Source of the DNA: Basidiobolus meristosporus CBS 931.73
Taxonomy: Eukaryota; Fungi; Basidiobolomycota
Assembly (NCBI GenBank): GCA_002104905.1
Contig: MCFE01000632.1
Location: 1 to 51,335, forward strand
Direction: 5' to 3'
DNA: 51,335 nucleotides
Shown here: positions 12,603 to 24,177 of the stretch, piece by piece
Position numbering within the stretch: the stretch's first letter is position 1
Layout: every line of letters begins with the position of its first letter
Program-made: the position numbers and the translations under genes
The notes under the pieces: model-generated
Seen by the model: the letters and a program-made list of their open reading frames with translations, nothing else
What the model was told of the DNA's origin: nothing
Databases searched by the model: none

Positions 12603-12995
12603 GGTAGCAGAGGAAGACGGATGAACTTGCAAGGAATACTGGAATATACTAAACTAGATTGTGGGTTTGTAAAGCCACTAGTATGTCAAGAATACAACTA
12701 TTGAGCCACAATCCCCAACTTAAATAAGTTAGCGTCACTTCAGAAGGTACTGGTTTCAACGTCCTTTGATAGAGTATTGTACTAAAGCTTCCAATACTGT
12801 AACAACTGTAAACTCCACCAGCAGGGTAATAAAGTGAATGCAGCTTTGACCAATAGTTTTACAAAGATAAAGTATCTTTGCCTTTATAGGACAAGACTAG
12901 GGAAAGATGATGGGTAATACTTACGGTGAGTATTCCTTTTACAAGTTTTCTTCAAACTTTGGGCAGAAGGCAGGGATCCACAGGTAAGTCAGGAG

Positions 12996-13006
12996 AGTCT
13001 GATAAA
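12996..13006 (-). other. Self-priming-type PBS of B1 (sense TTTATCAGACT)
   Basis: 2 nt after the 5' LTR. Perfectly complementary to LTR 13124-13134 (sense AGTCTGATAAA). No TGG tRNA-type PBS. Confidence 0.8.
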
Positions 13007-13160
13007 ACTGTTATGAATAGACACAAGGCAGGAGGAAAAGCTAGGCACGGCAGGAAAGGACTTAGGTGTGGACCATCAAGGCAAGGCAGGATTCAAGGCA
13101 AGGCTGTTTATTCAAGACCTGTGTTTATCAGACTGAGGAATACTTAAGGGGGGATAGGAC

Positions 13161-13168
13161 TATATATA
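13161..13168 (-). promoter_or_regulatory. TATA box in LTR B U3
   Basis: TATATATA about 27 nt upstream of the inferred start site at 13134. Confidence 0.6.
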
Positions 13169-14699
13169 CTTTTTGGCTATACTGATGCCAAGAGATATTA
13201 GCTAATACCAATGGGGTTGTGGGGTGAGGCACAGCAATGGTGCTGGGGATAATGACATAGATGACACGGCACTGAGACAGGATGGGGAAATGGATTGGGT
13301 CACCTGATCATGTGACTAAGTCATGTGACCTGGTATATCCATATATGGTACTGGACTATAAAAAATACGATGGAAAGCTTCCATGGAATGTTCCATTGTG
13401 TAACAATGGTTTGGAATGGTCAGGAACTTTCTGGAAGGTGGTAGAAGGTTCCGGAAGGAATCTCTTAGAAATTGAGCTGGGAAGCAGAAACTTGGCATGG
13501 GTGTTCATGGTTGTCATGTGATCATGACAGTTCTAGAAGGTTCTAAAGATCAATAGAAATCTTAATGATATCAGAATGAACAAAGAGTACTCTTAGCAGG
13601 TGCCAGAAGGTTCTAAGAGGCACAGCGCATGCAACCAATCAGCAATCAGTACTCTGAAACCTGTGTAACATAAGGATGCCATATATGGCATAGAAATGGT
13701 AGGGATGGTTACATGGGTGGACCATATGTCACAGGTACTGGTGTGGGTACTTGCCTAATATAGAAGCACTTACAGCTAGTAATCTTACATAAAGTGAGGG
13801 ATAACCTATGCAATGAGGTAAGCAGGTGTGATAGTCAGCCAGCTTATGGGATAGCATTGATCAAGTAAAACAAAGGTAATAAAACTAAAATAAGTGTAGT
13901 AAAGAAATAGGGAAGTAGAAAATATGCAAATGAGCACATCTGTCAGTGGGTGTCACTGTGACTCCACTACAATGGTCAGCTTGTGGCTGTGCAGAGGCTC
14001 TCAATTGCCTACTTGACTATGAGCCTAAGGAGTCTGCATTATTATCTTCAGTAGGCACAGTGTTAACATGGCCATTTTTAGATATAGCCCCACTTGTTGC
14101 ACTGAATGTCAAAGCAAGCTGTGGTCCAACCATTCTTCTGCTGCTGTCTGCAGTGGGGTTTGGTTGAGGACCAGACAGCTCTGCTCTATTTTTTGGCAGT
14201 ATATATAAGGAAGTGAGTCAAGCTAAAGGGGATGTAGTGTTACATATACATGTGTATGTGGTGCCACAACTTTATTTGTAATGCTTACTATGGCGGGTCA
14301 TGATTGAATTTTACATTCATGTAGGTGCAATGGCTCAAATACAAGACTCTCTTGAATTCATATCAGTATTGACCAAAAGTGATATCATAGTGTTACATTG
14401 TTGGAGGTCAAACTTTCTGTCCAATGGACAATACTACTTTGATTCAATGCCGTAAGAGAAGAGAAAAAAGACTATGTGGCATGTGTAGCAAGCCTCTCAG
14501 CTATGAAGCATGCAGAGTGCATAGAAAGTATTAGAAGGATCATGGCCAGTGTTTTGCCACACAAGTCATATTTGACCATTCATTGGTCAATATTGTACCA
14601 ACATTATCTTGCCAGCCAGTTGATACTTCTCCACTTGCACCTGGCTGTCTTTGTCACCTTGTGCAAACTGAGTCAGGTGAGTTTGTGATGCCTTGAGGC

Positions 14700-17150
14700 T
14701 CACCTCAGCCTTCTGAATGTGGCATGCAGAGTGATAGCTCTGACAAAGAAGGTTCACTGATGGATTGTGAGCCTACATCCTCTGACAACCATACCATATA
14801 CATGCCCGGTCAAATCCCAATATGCAATGAGACAATACCTGTGGAAGAATATGCTGTCAATAATTTAGACTTATTTGATTTTGCCATTGATTGGGTCATA
14901 TGCATGTCAATTTTTATCCCAAATTGGCACTCTATGGCACCATCTGGCACTCTGTAGCTTGATCAGGTACCATCTGGCATGCTATGGCACTATTGGGCAC
15001 TATGATCAGCTGGAATGATGGAACAAGTCCTTTATGTAGCCAAGTGAGCCCTGTAATCCATCTGCTGGTGAATGATTTAGTGCTGTGGCTAGAGAAGTGG
15101 CACATTCCCCTAACATTGGTAATGGGGGTTTTGAGAATTTATTACTACTTCTTGCCAAAATCATTCTGGGATGCAACTTATCTTGTACATGCTACCAGTG
15201 GACAACTGCCATGCTGCTGGCAACATATGATCCAGCAACTGTCTTGATTCCAGCATGTGCTAACAGTGCATGGCATTCACATCCAAAAATGCTACCATTG
15301 CAACATGTCCAACTTGTCAGAATCCACCACCGTTAAGGGAAAGCATTGTTCACACTCTGGATATATTCCAGTAATACCCCATTTAAAGCAGCTCATGCAG
15401 TACAACAAATATTGCAGAGCTAAACAGTACCGCACTCAGTATCAATCAAATGCAAACATATCCAATGTATCTGATGGCAAACATTACTAACAGGTAAGAA
15501 GAACAGGCTAATTTGAATGGATGTATGACCATGCCTTTGCCCTAGCATCTGATGGATTCTCATTAAACAAGTACTGTACCAGCAAATCCTGCTGGCTATT
15601 GATTCTCATCAATCTGAATCTGCCACCTGCCTTACAATATCAGAGCAATAATCTGATGGTAGTCTCACTGGTATCTGGGCCTATATCACCAAGGGTATCT
15701 GTTGGAGCAAAATTTTCCACTGGGAGCAATGCATTTGCTTTTCAACAATATCCCTATACTGATGACCAAGTTGTGCATGGGGCATTTCAAGCTAAATGAG
15801 CCCTTCAAGATACCAGAGATATTTGAGGGGATTGGCAAGAAAGTACTGAGTATCTGCTACCCTAAGTACTTCTCAAGGGCTCCAATCAATATTCATAAGC
15901 ATATGCAACAATACAAGTGCAAGAACCGGATGAACTGGATATGTATTTATTCAAGTGGTGTTCTGAAGCCATTCCTACCAAGAGTACATTGGAAGCATTG
16001 CAAGTCATATGTGGGCATTGTAGCAATATTTCTTCAGAAGTGGATCACCAATGCCTACTTGATGCATCTACAGCTGCTGTGCAAGGAGTTTATGACCAGA
16101 TTTGAACAGCAATGCTACAAACATAAAGCCAAATGCGTAGATCTCTGCCACTGCTGCATCCATTCTCTACTCCAACTTTCTTGGTGTGTGGAGATTATTA
16201 GGCCTTGCTTCACCTTTTGGGGGTTTCCTATGTAGCAAATGTGTGGGGAGATAGGAAGATAAGTCAAGTTGCAGGTACCACCATATTCCAATTTCATCAA
16301 GATTATTACCTCAGGTCTGTCATGGATGTGATGAGTTGGCCCCCTGGAGGACAGCCAGGAAGGGTTGAAAAATACTGAGCACAGATGTGTACATGCAGAC
16401 ACCTATGCCTATGACATTAAGAAGCTAAGGAGCCCCAATATGTGAGTAATCAGTTAAGTAATGTAAAGCTGGGTTGGGTGCAATAAGCAACTAATTCTTA
16501 TTAGTAAAACTCTACCAAGGTGTGCCAGATTCCTCTTGGTCACAAGCCAACTTCTACACCATTTGATACAGATTTCACACAAACCAGAGCCAGGGAGCAC
16601 CTACAAGGGGTACTAGAATCCAGAAGGGACAAGGAATAAATTGGCTAAATACCAAGAAGCTCTTTGCAGATATTCCGGGGGCTTTCATGACAGAAGTGGC
16701 AACAACCAAGCATATATTTGCAATATGCATATGTTACCAGCAGTACAAGGTACATGGGAACTTTGCCAGTATCATACTGAAAAGCCATAAAGTTGAGGTG
16801 ATAGTAGTACATAAATTGTGGCAGGTGTGCGCATTTGTAGAGGTCAGTAGCAGGAGGACATAGTTTTTTCTGATTCAAGCTATATGTGGAATACCCAAGG
16901 TAGTAGTGGGTAAGCAAATCAAGAGGGGTGTTTCTGCAGTGAAATATATGTACTGCACAAGGGGAGGTGAAAAAGGAAACACCATTTGGTAAATTGGTAT
17001 GATAGTATTATACAGAACTAGCTGTAGGCTGCCATACTGCTGTTATAATGTCATCAGAGTCTCACTGTGTGGCTGTTGGAATATCCTCATGTTTTTTGCC
17101 ATATACAGCAATTGGTTGTCCTGACTGGTTGGATCTATTCAAAATAATTG
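14700..17150 (+). pseudogene. Tnp2-family (CACTA/EnSpm) transposase of Y1, degenerate
   Basis: Motifs ALASDGF...SCWLLILINLNLPP...VSGP, MHLLFNN, FSRAPINI and IHSLLQL...RPCFTFWGFPM in broken frames. Boundaries approximate. Confidence 0.85.
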
Positions 17151-17540
17151 TAGAGCGCAATAAGACCACAACAATGCCATGTAATTACTGTCACTGCACC
17201 AATCAAATATGGTTGAGTTTTACAACTTTACTTGGCAGTAAAATTATCAAAATGCTGTCATGATCCAATCATGAGATTGTGAAGAGGATCACTAATTCTA
17301 AGCTGCTTGTATTATGATGGTCTCTAAGCAGGATCCTGATGGCTGATCTGGATTGGATCCACCCACAGGGCTAAATTAATTTTCTCAGGGCTCAGAGACA
17401 TAATGAGTTGAATATACATGTGGAGCAATCCATATCCCAGGTAGAGAAAGCAGCATCTTTGCTGCAAAGAAGGAATTCAAGTAGCTCAATGTCACAACCA
17501 AGAATTGATCCATTTCCTGATAAAACAGCAGAGAAACTGT

Positions 17541-20500
17541 TGTAGGAGTTTTGGGGACATTGGAGGTGAATGGAAGGGCCAGCAGAATATGTGATTTTCA
17601 CTTAACAATTTATTAAAGGTAAAAGTAGTATTTGTACTTTTACATGATCTTGACATAACAAACATGTAGAATAGGCTTAGGAAGATCCCAAGAGCATGTG
17701 TGCAAAGTTTGGGGCTGTTTGGACAACTTTGAGAATTTTCATGCTCTGGGTATATGATATTTTAGTAAAATATTCTTGGTCAGTCCCAACAGGAATGTGG
17801 TCAGTTTTCTTTAGGACCTGAAGGTAATGACCTAAGTGACCAAGTTAGGAGTATATTTAGGTAATTATTGAAGTGACTAAGCTTGGTGAATATTTAGGTG
17901 GATTTACATATTTTTCACAACATTACCACTCAGCTGAATGTTGATACCAACTAGTCCAATTTTGACCCAAGATATTCAAGCTTGACTCTAGCTAATGAAT
18001 TGGTAAATATGCCTGCCAGCATTTCATCCAAAGGACTAAGCTAAGCTGACTAAGTTATTCTCTATAGCTTAATATTTGAAATGATGTCTAATATCTATGT
18101 GCTTAGTTCTAGCATGAAAAGTTGGATTTATACCTAATTGTACACATCCTTGAGTATCTTGAAATAAAGTGATAGGCACTTTTTGACATGGGCCCAAATC
18201 TGTAAAAAGCTTTCTTAGCCACATTGCTTGTTTTGTAGCCTCATAGGATGCCATGTACTCTGTCTCTGTGGTGGAAAGTGTTATTGTGGGATGCTTTCTT
18301 GAATTCCATGATATTGCTCCTTGACAGTAAAGAAAGGTGTATCCTGTGGTGGATCTTCTGTCTTCTAAATCTTCTCCCCCTTGAGCATCAGAGAATCCCA
18401 TAAGATCCTGCTCTAAATCCTCATAAGTGTATCTTAAGCAGACATCAGCAGTTCCTTTCAGATATATTAATATCTACTCAACTTGTGTAATATAATCAGA
18501 TCCGTATTTTTATTATGCTGGCTCACAGCACCCACTGAATAAAAGATATCTAAGGTATTCCAAGCATGATATACATCAGACTGATGACCATAGATTGATA
18601 AGAGAAGTTAGGGCTTTCAGATGCCACCAAGCTCACTTGATTTGGTTGAGTTTGGACCAAATTAAGGTTTGTCTCCATAAGCATAGCTGCCAGTCTCCAA
18701 TCTTCCATTTGATACTTCTTTGGTAAATAATGTATATACTTGATTGGCTTAGGGTGATAGTCTGGGCACTTCTGTCTATGGAGAGCTTTATCCCTAAGTA
18801 GTAACTGAGTGCTCCAGGATTGAGCATCTTGAACTCTTTAGACAGACTGGATTTAGTCTGCTCTAATGTTTCTAGGTTATTGGTATCTGTAACAATATCA
18901 TCCACATATAGTGCTAATAGAGCTGGACTTCCTCTATCTGGCTTATAGTGTATACTATAGTTAGCATTACTCCTTTTGAAACTCAAAGTCTCCAAACAAG
19001 AATCTATCTTGCAATTCCAGGCTCTCAGTGATTATTTGAGACCATATATTGACTTTTTGAGCGTGCAAACCAAATGGGGGTTATCTTAGTCAACAAACCC
19101 ATCAGGCTAGTCTATATACACATCCTCATCAAGTTCTCCATTCAAAAATGCAGCTTTTACATTAATTTAATGAATAAAAAACTTATATTTGGCTGCAATA
19201 GCCAATATTAGTCTGATGGAAGTAAACTTGGCTACCATTGCAAGGGTCTCAGCACAGTCAAGTCCTTTTGTTTGAGAGTATCCTCTGGCCACAAATATTG
19301 CTTTTTATCTTTCATTTGTACTATCAGCCTTGCATTTTGTCTGAAGACCCATCTGCATTCAATGGATTTTTGGTTGGTTGGTGACTTGACTAAGTTTCAG
19401 GTTTAATTTTCTATCAGGGCCTGATATTCCTTAGTCATTGCAGATCTCCCAAACTTTGTCTGAGGGCTATCTAGGGCCTCTTTTACAGTCTGGGGTTTAT
19501 CAATATGGACTGAATTGGCATAGGCAAAGTTTGTACCCTCATTGATATGGTAATTTTGGCTATTTCTTGTCCAATTGGATCTCCAGGCATTGGATACTGG
19601 ATTGATCACTTCTGTAATATTCCAGGGCACTGATTCTGGCTGAACCATGGTTGTAGAGTCCTCTAGTGTGCAAAATTCTCATTGTTTTGCTCTGATTCAA
19701 TTCTGACAATTGGTGGACTTGAGATTGTATTTTTGTCATCATCTGGTGTCATTTTTAGTGAAAATTCTGAATTTTCATTAAACAACACATCCCTGGACTT
19801 GAATAGCTTCTTTGCTTTGGTATTGTAGAGTTTGTATGCTTTACACTCATTGCAGTAACCCAAAAATATGCATTTTACACTTTTTGGCTTATATTTTGAC
19901 TCATTTCCTGGCCATTTCTTGGCATATACTGTACACCCAAATATTCTTAGATGTTCTGCACTTGGTCTGTATCCATACCATGCTTGAAATGGAGTAAAAT
20001 CACAAAGTATTCTGTTGTAACTCCTATGCTTAAGGTAAACAGCTGTGGTAACAGATTCTGCCCAAGAATCATATGATAATTTTTGATTGCAGATCATAGA
20101 TCTTGCCGTATCAATTACTGATCTGTTTACATGTTCTAGTACTTCATTTTGCTATGAAGAGTATGTTACAGTAGTCTTTTGCTTTATCCCATGAATTTTG
20201 CAGAAGTGGATGAAGAGTTTTGAGGTATATTTAGCACCTTTCTCAGTATGTAGTTTCTTGATTTTTTGACCTGTTTCTCTCTCCACCATGGCTTTAAGCT
20301 CTCTGTGCTTTTACAGAGCTTCTTCCCTTCCCTCCATCAAGTAGACTCATGTGCATCTTGTATAACCATCCATAAAAGTGATTGAATACCTCATCCTGCC
20401 TAAGGCCAAATTTTGCATAGGTTATTGTAACCTATGAAAATCTTCTTAATTAGAATATCTTGATATTGGGTAAAAAGTGCTTTTTGGTGTGCAAAGTGTA

Positions 20501-21590
20501 GAGATGCTCCAGAGTCAATATACCACATCTAAGAATCCTTGCTTGTTGTCATATTTGGTGCAGATATGCATAGCTTATCTTCAGTTGTTGCAACATTTCC
20601 ATATCCAGGTGTTCTCTGCTGGCTGTCTCTCTTTTTGAAGCACCAGTCAGATGTCTGTCCTTTCCTTTTGCAGTAGTAACAAAACAGGTTGCTGTTGCCT
20701 TAGAAAGGTCTTGGGTATTTCATTTGTTGGTTATCATTGCTTATTAAAGCATTTTCTTCTTCCTTCTTATTGGTGCTTGATTTTCTTAATTCTTTGTCCA
20801 GAAGCCTTTCATATACATAATTTAAGGTCAAATCTTCAGCTCTGGACTCTAGGGCTGATACAAGGCCCTGCAACATGTCTGTCAGGCTATTCAGGATGGT
20901 AATTATCACATCCTCATCAGTAGCTGGTACACCCACAGATTCCATCTCATCTACCCACAGGGTAATTCTGTTAATTAGAATTCTCATCTTTTCTCCTGGC
21001 TGCATCTTTGTAGTAAAGAATATTTATCTCAGATACATTTTCTTAGAAGCTGATTATGACTGGTAGGTGTCTTCTAGTACCTTCCAGGCATTCTCTGCCA
21101 TTTTTGCTCTTGAGCATTGAATTTGCAATTTATCTTTAATATCAATGCATATGCAGTTAAAGGCACTTAGTTCTTTCTTTGGGTACTTTAGGGCTTCCTC
21201 TCCCACTCTTTTAGGAGGGCATTCTTCTCCCATGGCAATATTCCTAAGGCCTCTTTCTAGTAGCAGCACCTTGGTAGTCACCTTCCACACTTGGCAGTTA
21301 GATCCATCCAACCTTTGGGCAGAGGAAAAAATTCTAATAATAGCATAGTAGACAATGCAGAGAGTAACAGCTTGGCACTCATAGCCTGTTGTAAGAGTCT
21401 TGGAGACATTAGAAGTGATTGGGAGAATAAGTAGTTTATGCAGTTTTCACTTAATGATTCACTGAATGTAAAAGTAGTGTTTATACTTTTACATAGTTAT
21501 ATAAAGTAGTAGAACTCAGGGCCAAACATGATGTACTTGACTTGTTCCATAAGCATTGTCTTAGATTCAAGCATGCAAGCAGGTTTTGCA
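17541..21590 (-). mobile_element. Degenerate Ty1/Copia element D1 (3' LTR ~17541-17922; 5' LTR from 21390, truncated)
   Basis: gag DGSNCQVWK, protease WYIDSGAS, integrase KSVKCIFLGY, RT LYVDDI and RNase H STTETEY, in Copia order with many stops. Confidence 0.9.
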
Positions 21591-22523
21591 CCAGCATAGG
21601 TATGCTAAGAAAGTATCTCAAGAAAAACAGAAACTATCAAAAGCAGAAGAACAAGGGTGCAATGGCTAAAAATCAGCAGCTTCCTCAAGAGCCCATTACA
21701 AGCAGGGCCAAAAGCATCAGACAAGCATCAAAAAGACATCAGGTAGCTCCGAGAGTGCCAAAAAGGAACCAGCAGGCAGACACAGATGTGTCAACACAAC
21801 CCTTATCAAGGAAAAAGCTCAAGAGGCACTCAGTCAAAGTAGCAGTACTATATGAAGAATAATTTGGTCCTGCAGGTGGATCCAATCTGGATTGGCTGTC
21901 AAGATGCCATCAGGAGACTGCAGTAATAACAGCAGCTTGGAATAAATGACCATTGACACATTCCTTTGACAGAATCACAACAGTACTTTGCTAATTATAC
22001 AGCCAAATAAAGTTGATAAAATATGACAGTGTTTGTACAGTGTTTTGCCAAGGGCAGCATGGCATTGTTGTGGTGTCAGTATTTTCCAACTCTTCCTGGC
22101 TGTCCTTCATGTGCCAACTCATCACATCCATGATGGACTTGAGGGTGATATACTCAATGGATTGGAATATGGTGGTATCTGTAACTTGACTTTTCTTCCT
22201 ATCTCCCACACATATGCTCCATAGGAAACTTCCAAAACGTGAAGCAAGGCCCAATATTCTCCACCCATCAAGCAAGATGGAGTAGCAAATGGATACAGTA
22301 GCAGTAGAGATATACTTGTTCAGCTTTATGTCTGTGGTGTGGCCGCTCAAATCCCATCACAAACTCTCCGCACACAAGCTGTAAATGTGCCAAGTTAGCA
22401 TTTGTGATCCACTTCTGGATAAATAATCCTGCAATGTCCACATACAACTCCCAATGCTTCCAATGTACTCTTAGTAGAAATGACTTCAGAAGGCCACTTG
22501 AATAAACACATATTCAGTTCATC

Positions 22524-22891
22524 TGTTATGATCTGCCGCTTGAATGTTTAAGTTAGATCAGTTTTTAGTCAAATCAATTAGTATATGTTTAGGTTATCAG
22601 TATATCAGTATTATCTATGAAATCAGTAGCATTAGTCAGCAAATGAAGCAGCAGATCCTTATCAGACAGAAATAGATATATTAAGTAGGATCTTATTGGG
22701 TGATGATGATGCAATCAAATGAGTCATCAGCCACAACCTACATTAGGAAATACAATTAGTCAGCAATTGATCTGGCAAAATGTATATAAGGAGCTGCTGG
22801 AACCTCAATAAAAATCAGTTCAAGTTTTAGTGAATACAATACTAGCTAAACTCCCTATTCCTCTACAACTCTTATACCAAGACTTGTAACA
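22524..22891 (+). mobile_element. Solo LTR C (Gypsy family E), 368 bp
   Basis: TGTTA...TAACA termini; 4-bp TSD CATC. The same LTR follows a PPT at 35674. Confidence 0.9.
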
Positions 22892-23834
22892 CATCTAGTC
22901 CTTGCACTTGTATTGTTGCATATGCTTATGAATGCTGATTGAAGCCTGTAAGAAGTACCTAGGGTAGCAGATTCTCTTTGATATCTTGCCAATTCATTCA
23001 TATTTCCCCAGTATCTTAAAAGTCTCATTTAGCTTGAAATGCCCCATGTAAAATTTGTTCATCAATATAGGGATGTTACTGAAAAGCAAACACATTGCTC
23101 CCAGTGGAAAGCTTTTGCTCTAATATATACCCACAATCTTAAGTATCTCTAGTTTGCAAATAATTCCATATTCTGACCAACAGCTTATAGCTTCCCAACT
23201 TTGGTGTAATTGCATACTGACTTATATACATTCTCTCTGTGGAAAGATGTGTTCTAACTGTTACTGTTTAGTAATAACAATGTGTGTGAGCTGTAAGGTA
23301 AGTCCCTTGGATATCACACATCTGACTACAATACAGTCCATTGTGCCCAGAAAAGCCAGCTATCTTCCTGATGGCTGGGGTATCTCCAATGCAGATGATA
23401 ATATGTGCATTTACATGATGGACATTTACTGTTATCCTACTGGAAAGCATTAAAAACTCATCCAGAAATGGATACAGGTAGCTTGCCAGGTTGGATGGTG
23501 ATTTAGGCCCAGATACCATGAGACTACCATCAGATTTTGGCTCTGATACTGTAGGATGGGCAGCAGATACAAGTTGAGAGGGATCAGTGGCCAGCAGGAT
23601 TTGCTGGTAAAGAACTTGCTAAATGAGAACCCATCATGTGCCAAGGCAGAGGCATGGCAATACATACCTTCAAGGTAGCCCTTGCTTCTTAGCTGTTTTT
23701 AATATTTGCCATCAAATATATATGATATACTTTTGCTTGATTGATACTCTACATATCTTCAAACTTGCCCTTCCTCCTTAGCTGTTTGTAATGCTTGCCA
23801 TCAATTAAATTGGAGGTGTTTGTGCATGCTTGAT

Positions 23835-24177
23835 CCCTAAGAAAAAAAATTAAGAAAAGGCCAACAAAATACCATCAAAATATCAGCTGAATTCCAAGTT
23901 TCTCAAACTTGACAACTCTCAATATCTCCATTATTAGCTGATGGGCAGGCTAGCAAAGAGATTCTCCAGGAGATGACTAGGCCTACAAGCATCCATGGTA
24001 AATATGGTAATTAAGTGCCCATTACTTCTTTCAAAAGTTACAATAAAAATTCTGAGCCAAAAACACAAGCTGAATATCAGCCAAATACCATTAGAATACC
24101 AGCAGAATACCAGCGGAGTACCAGCAGAATATCCACCAAAAATCAGATGAATTCCCAATATGAGATTTTTCATAGGG
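23835..24177. mobile_element. 343-bp MITE with CCCTA-type TIRs
   Basis: CCCTAAGAAAA...TTTTCATAGGG termini, 3-bp TSD GAT/AAT, subterminal AATACCAGCAG repeats. Interrupts the transposase alignment to Y1. Confidence 0.8.

Larger units (their letters stand above)
4008..13529 (-). mobile_element. Ty3/Gypsy chromovirus B, copy 1 (complete; pol disrupted)
   Basis: Two 521-bp TG..CA LTRs (13009-13529; 4008-4049 plus 7667-8149). Exact 5-bp TSD GTTCT (4003-4007, 13530-13534). Domain order gag-PR-RT-RH-INT-chromodomain. Confidence 0.97.
3467..13971 (-). mobile_element. Solo LTR, subfamily A2, split by Gypsy B1 (parts 3467-4007 and 13530-13971)
   Basis: TGTGGTGGTG and CCACTACA termini and U3 homology to LTR A. 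Flanks ACAG (3463-3466) and ATGG (13972-13975) both derive from ACGG by CpG deamination. Confidence 0.85.
1300..17390 (+). mobile_element. Full-length CACTA/EnSpm-like DNA transposon Y1 (~5.6 kb after removing nested inserts)
   Basis: Termini CCCTATGAAAA (1300-1310) and TTTTCTCAGGG (to 17390). 3-bp TSD TTC/CTC. Host Y0 sequence is collinear across the insertion. Contains a Tnp2-type transposase pseudogene. Confidence 0.82.

Noticed and set aside
17532-17540. Same AGAAACTG flank beside two Copia LTRs (also 44464-44471)
   Set aside because: At 44464 it is ordinary RT coding sequence (DVETA). Two sites with the opposite flanks missing cannot show target preference.
17541-21590. RIP as the cause of decay
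   Set aside because: The clearest bias by eye is at CpG; a CpA-specific signature cannot be shown without computed indices.
24085-24135. Short tandem repeats as a CRISPR-like array
   Set aside because: 11-bp units without spacers, in eukaryotic context, inside a MITE.
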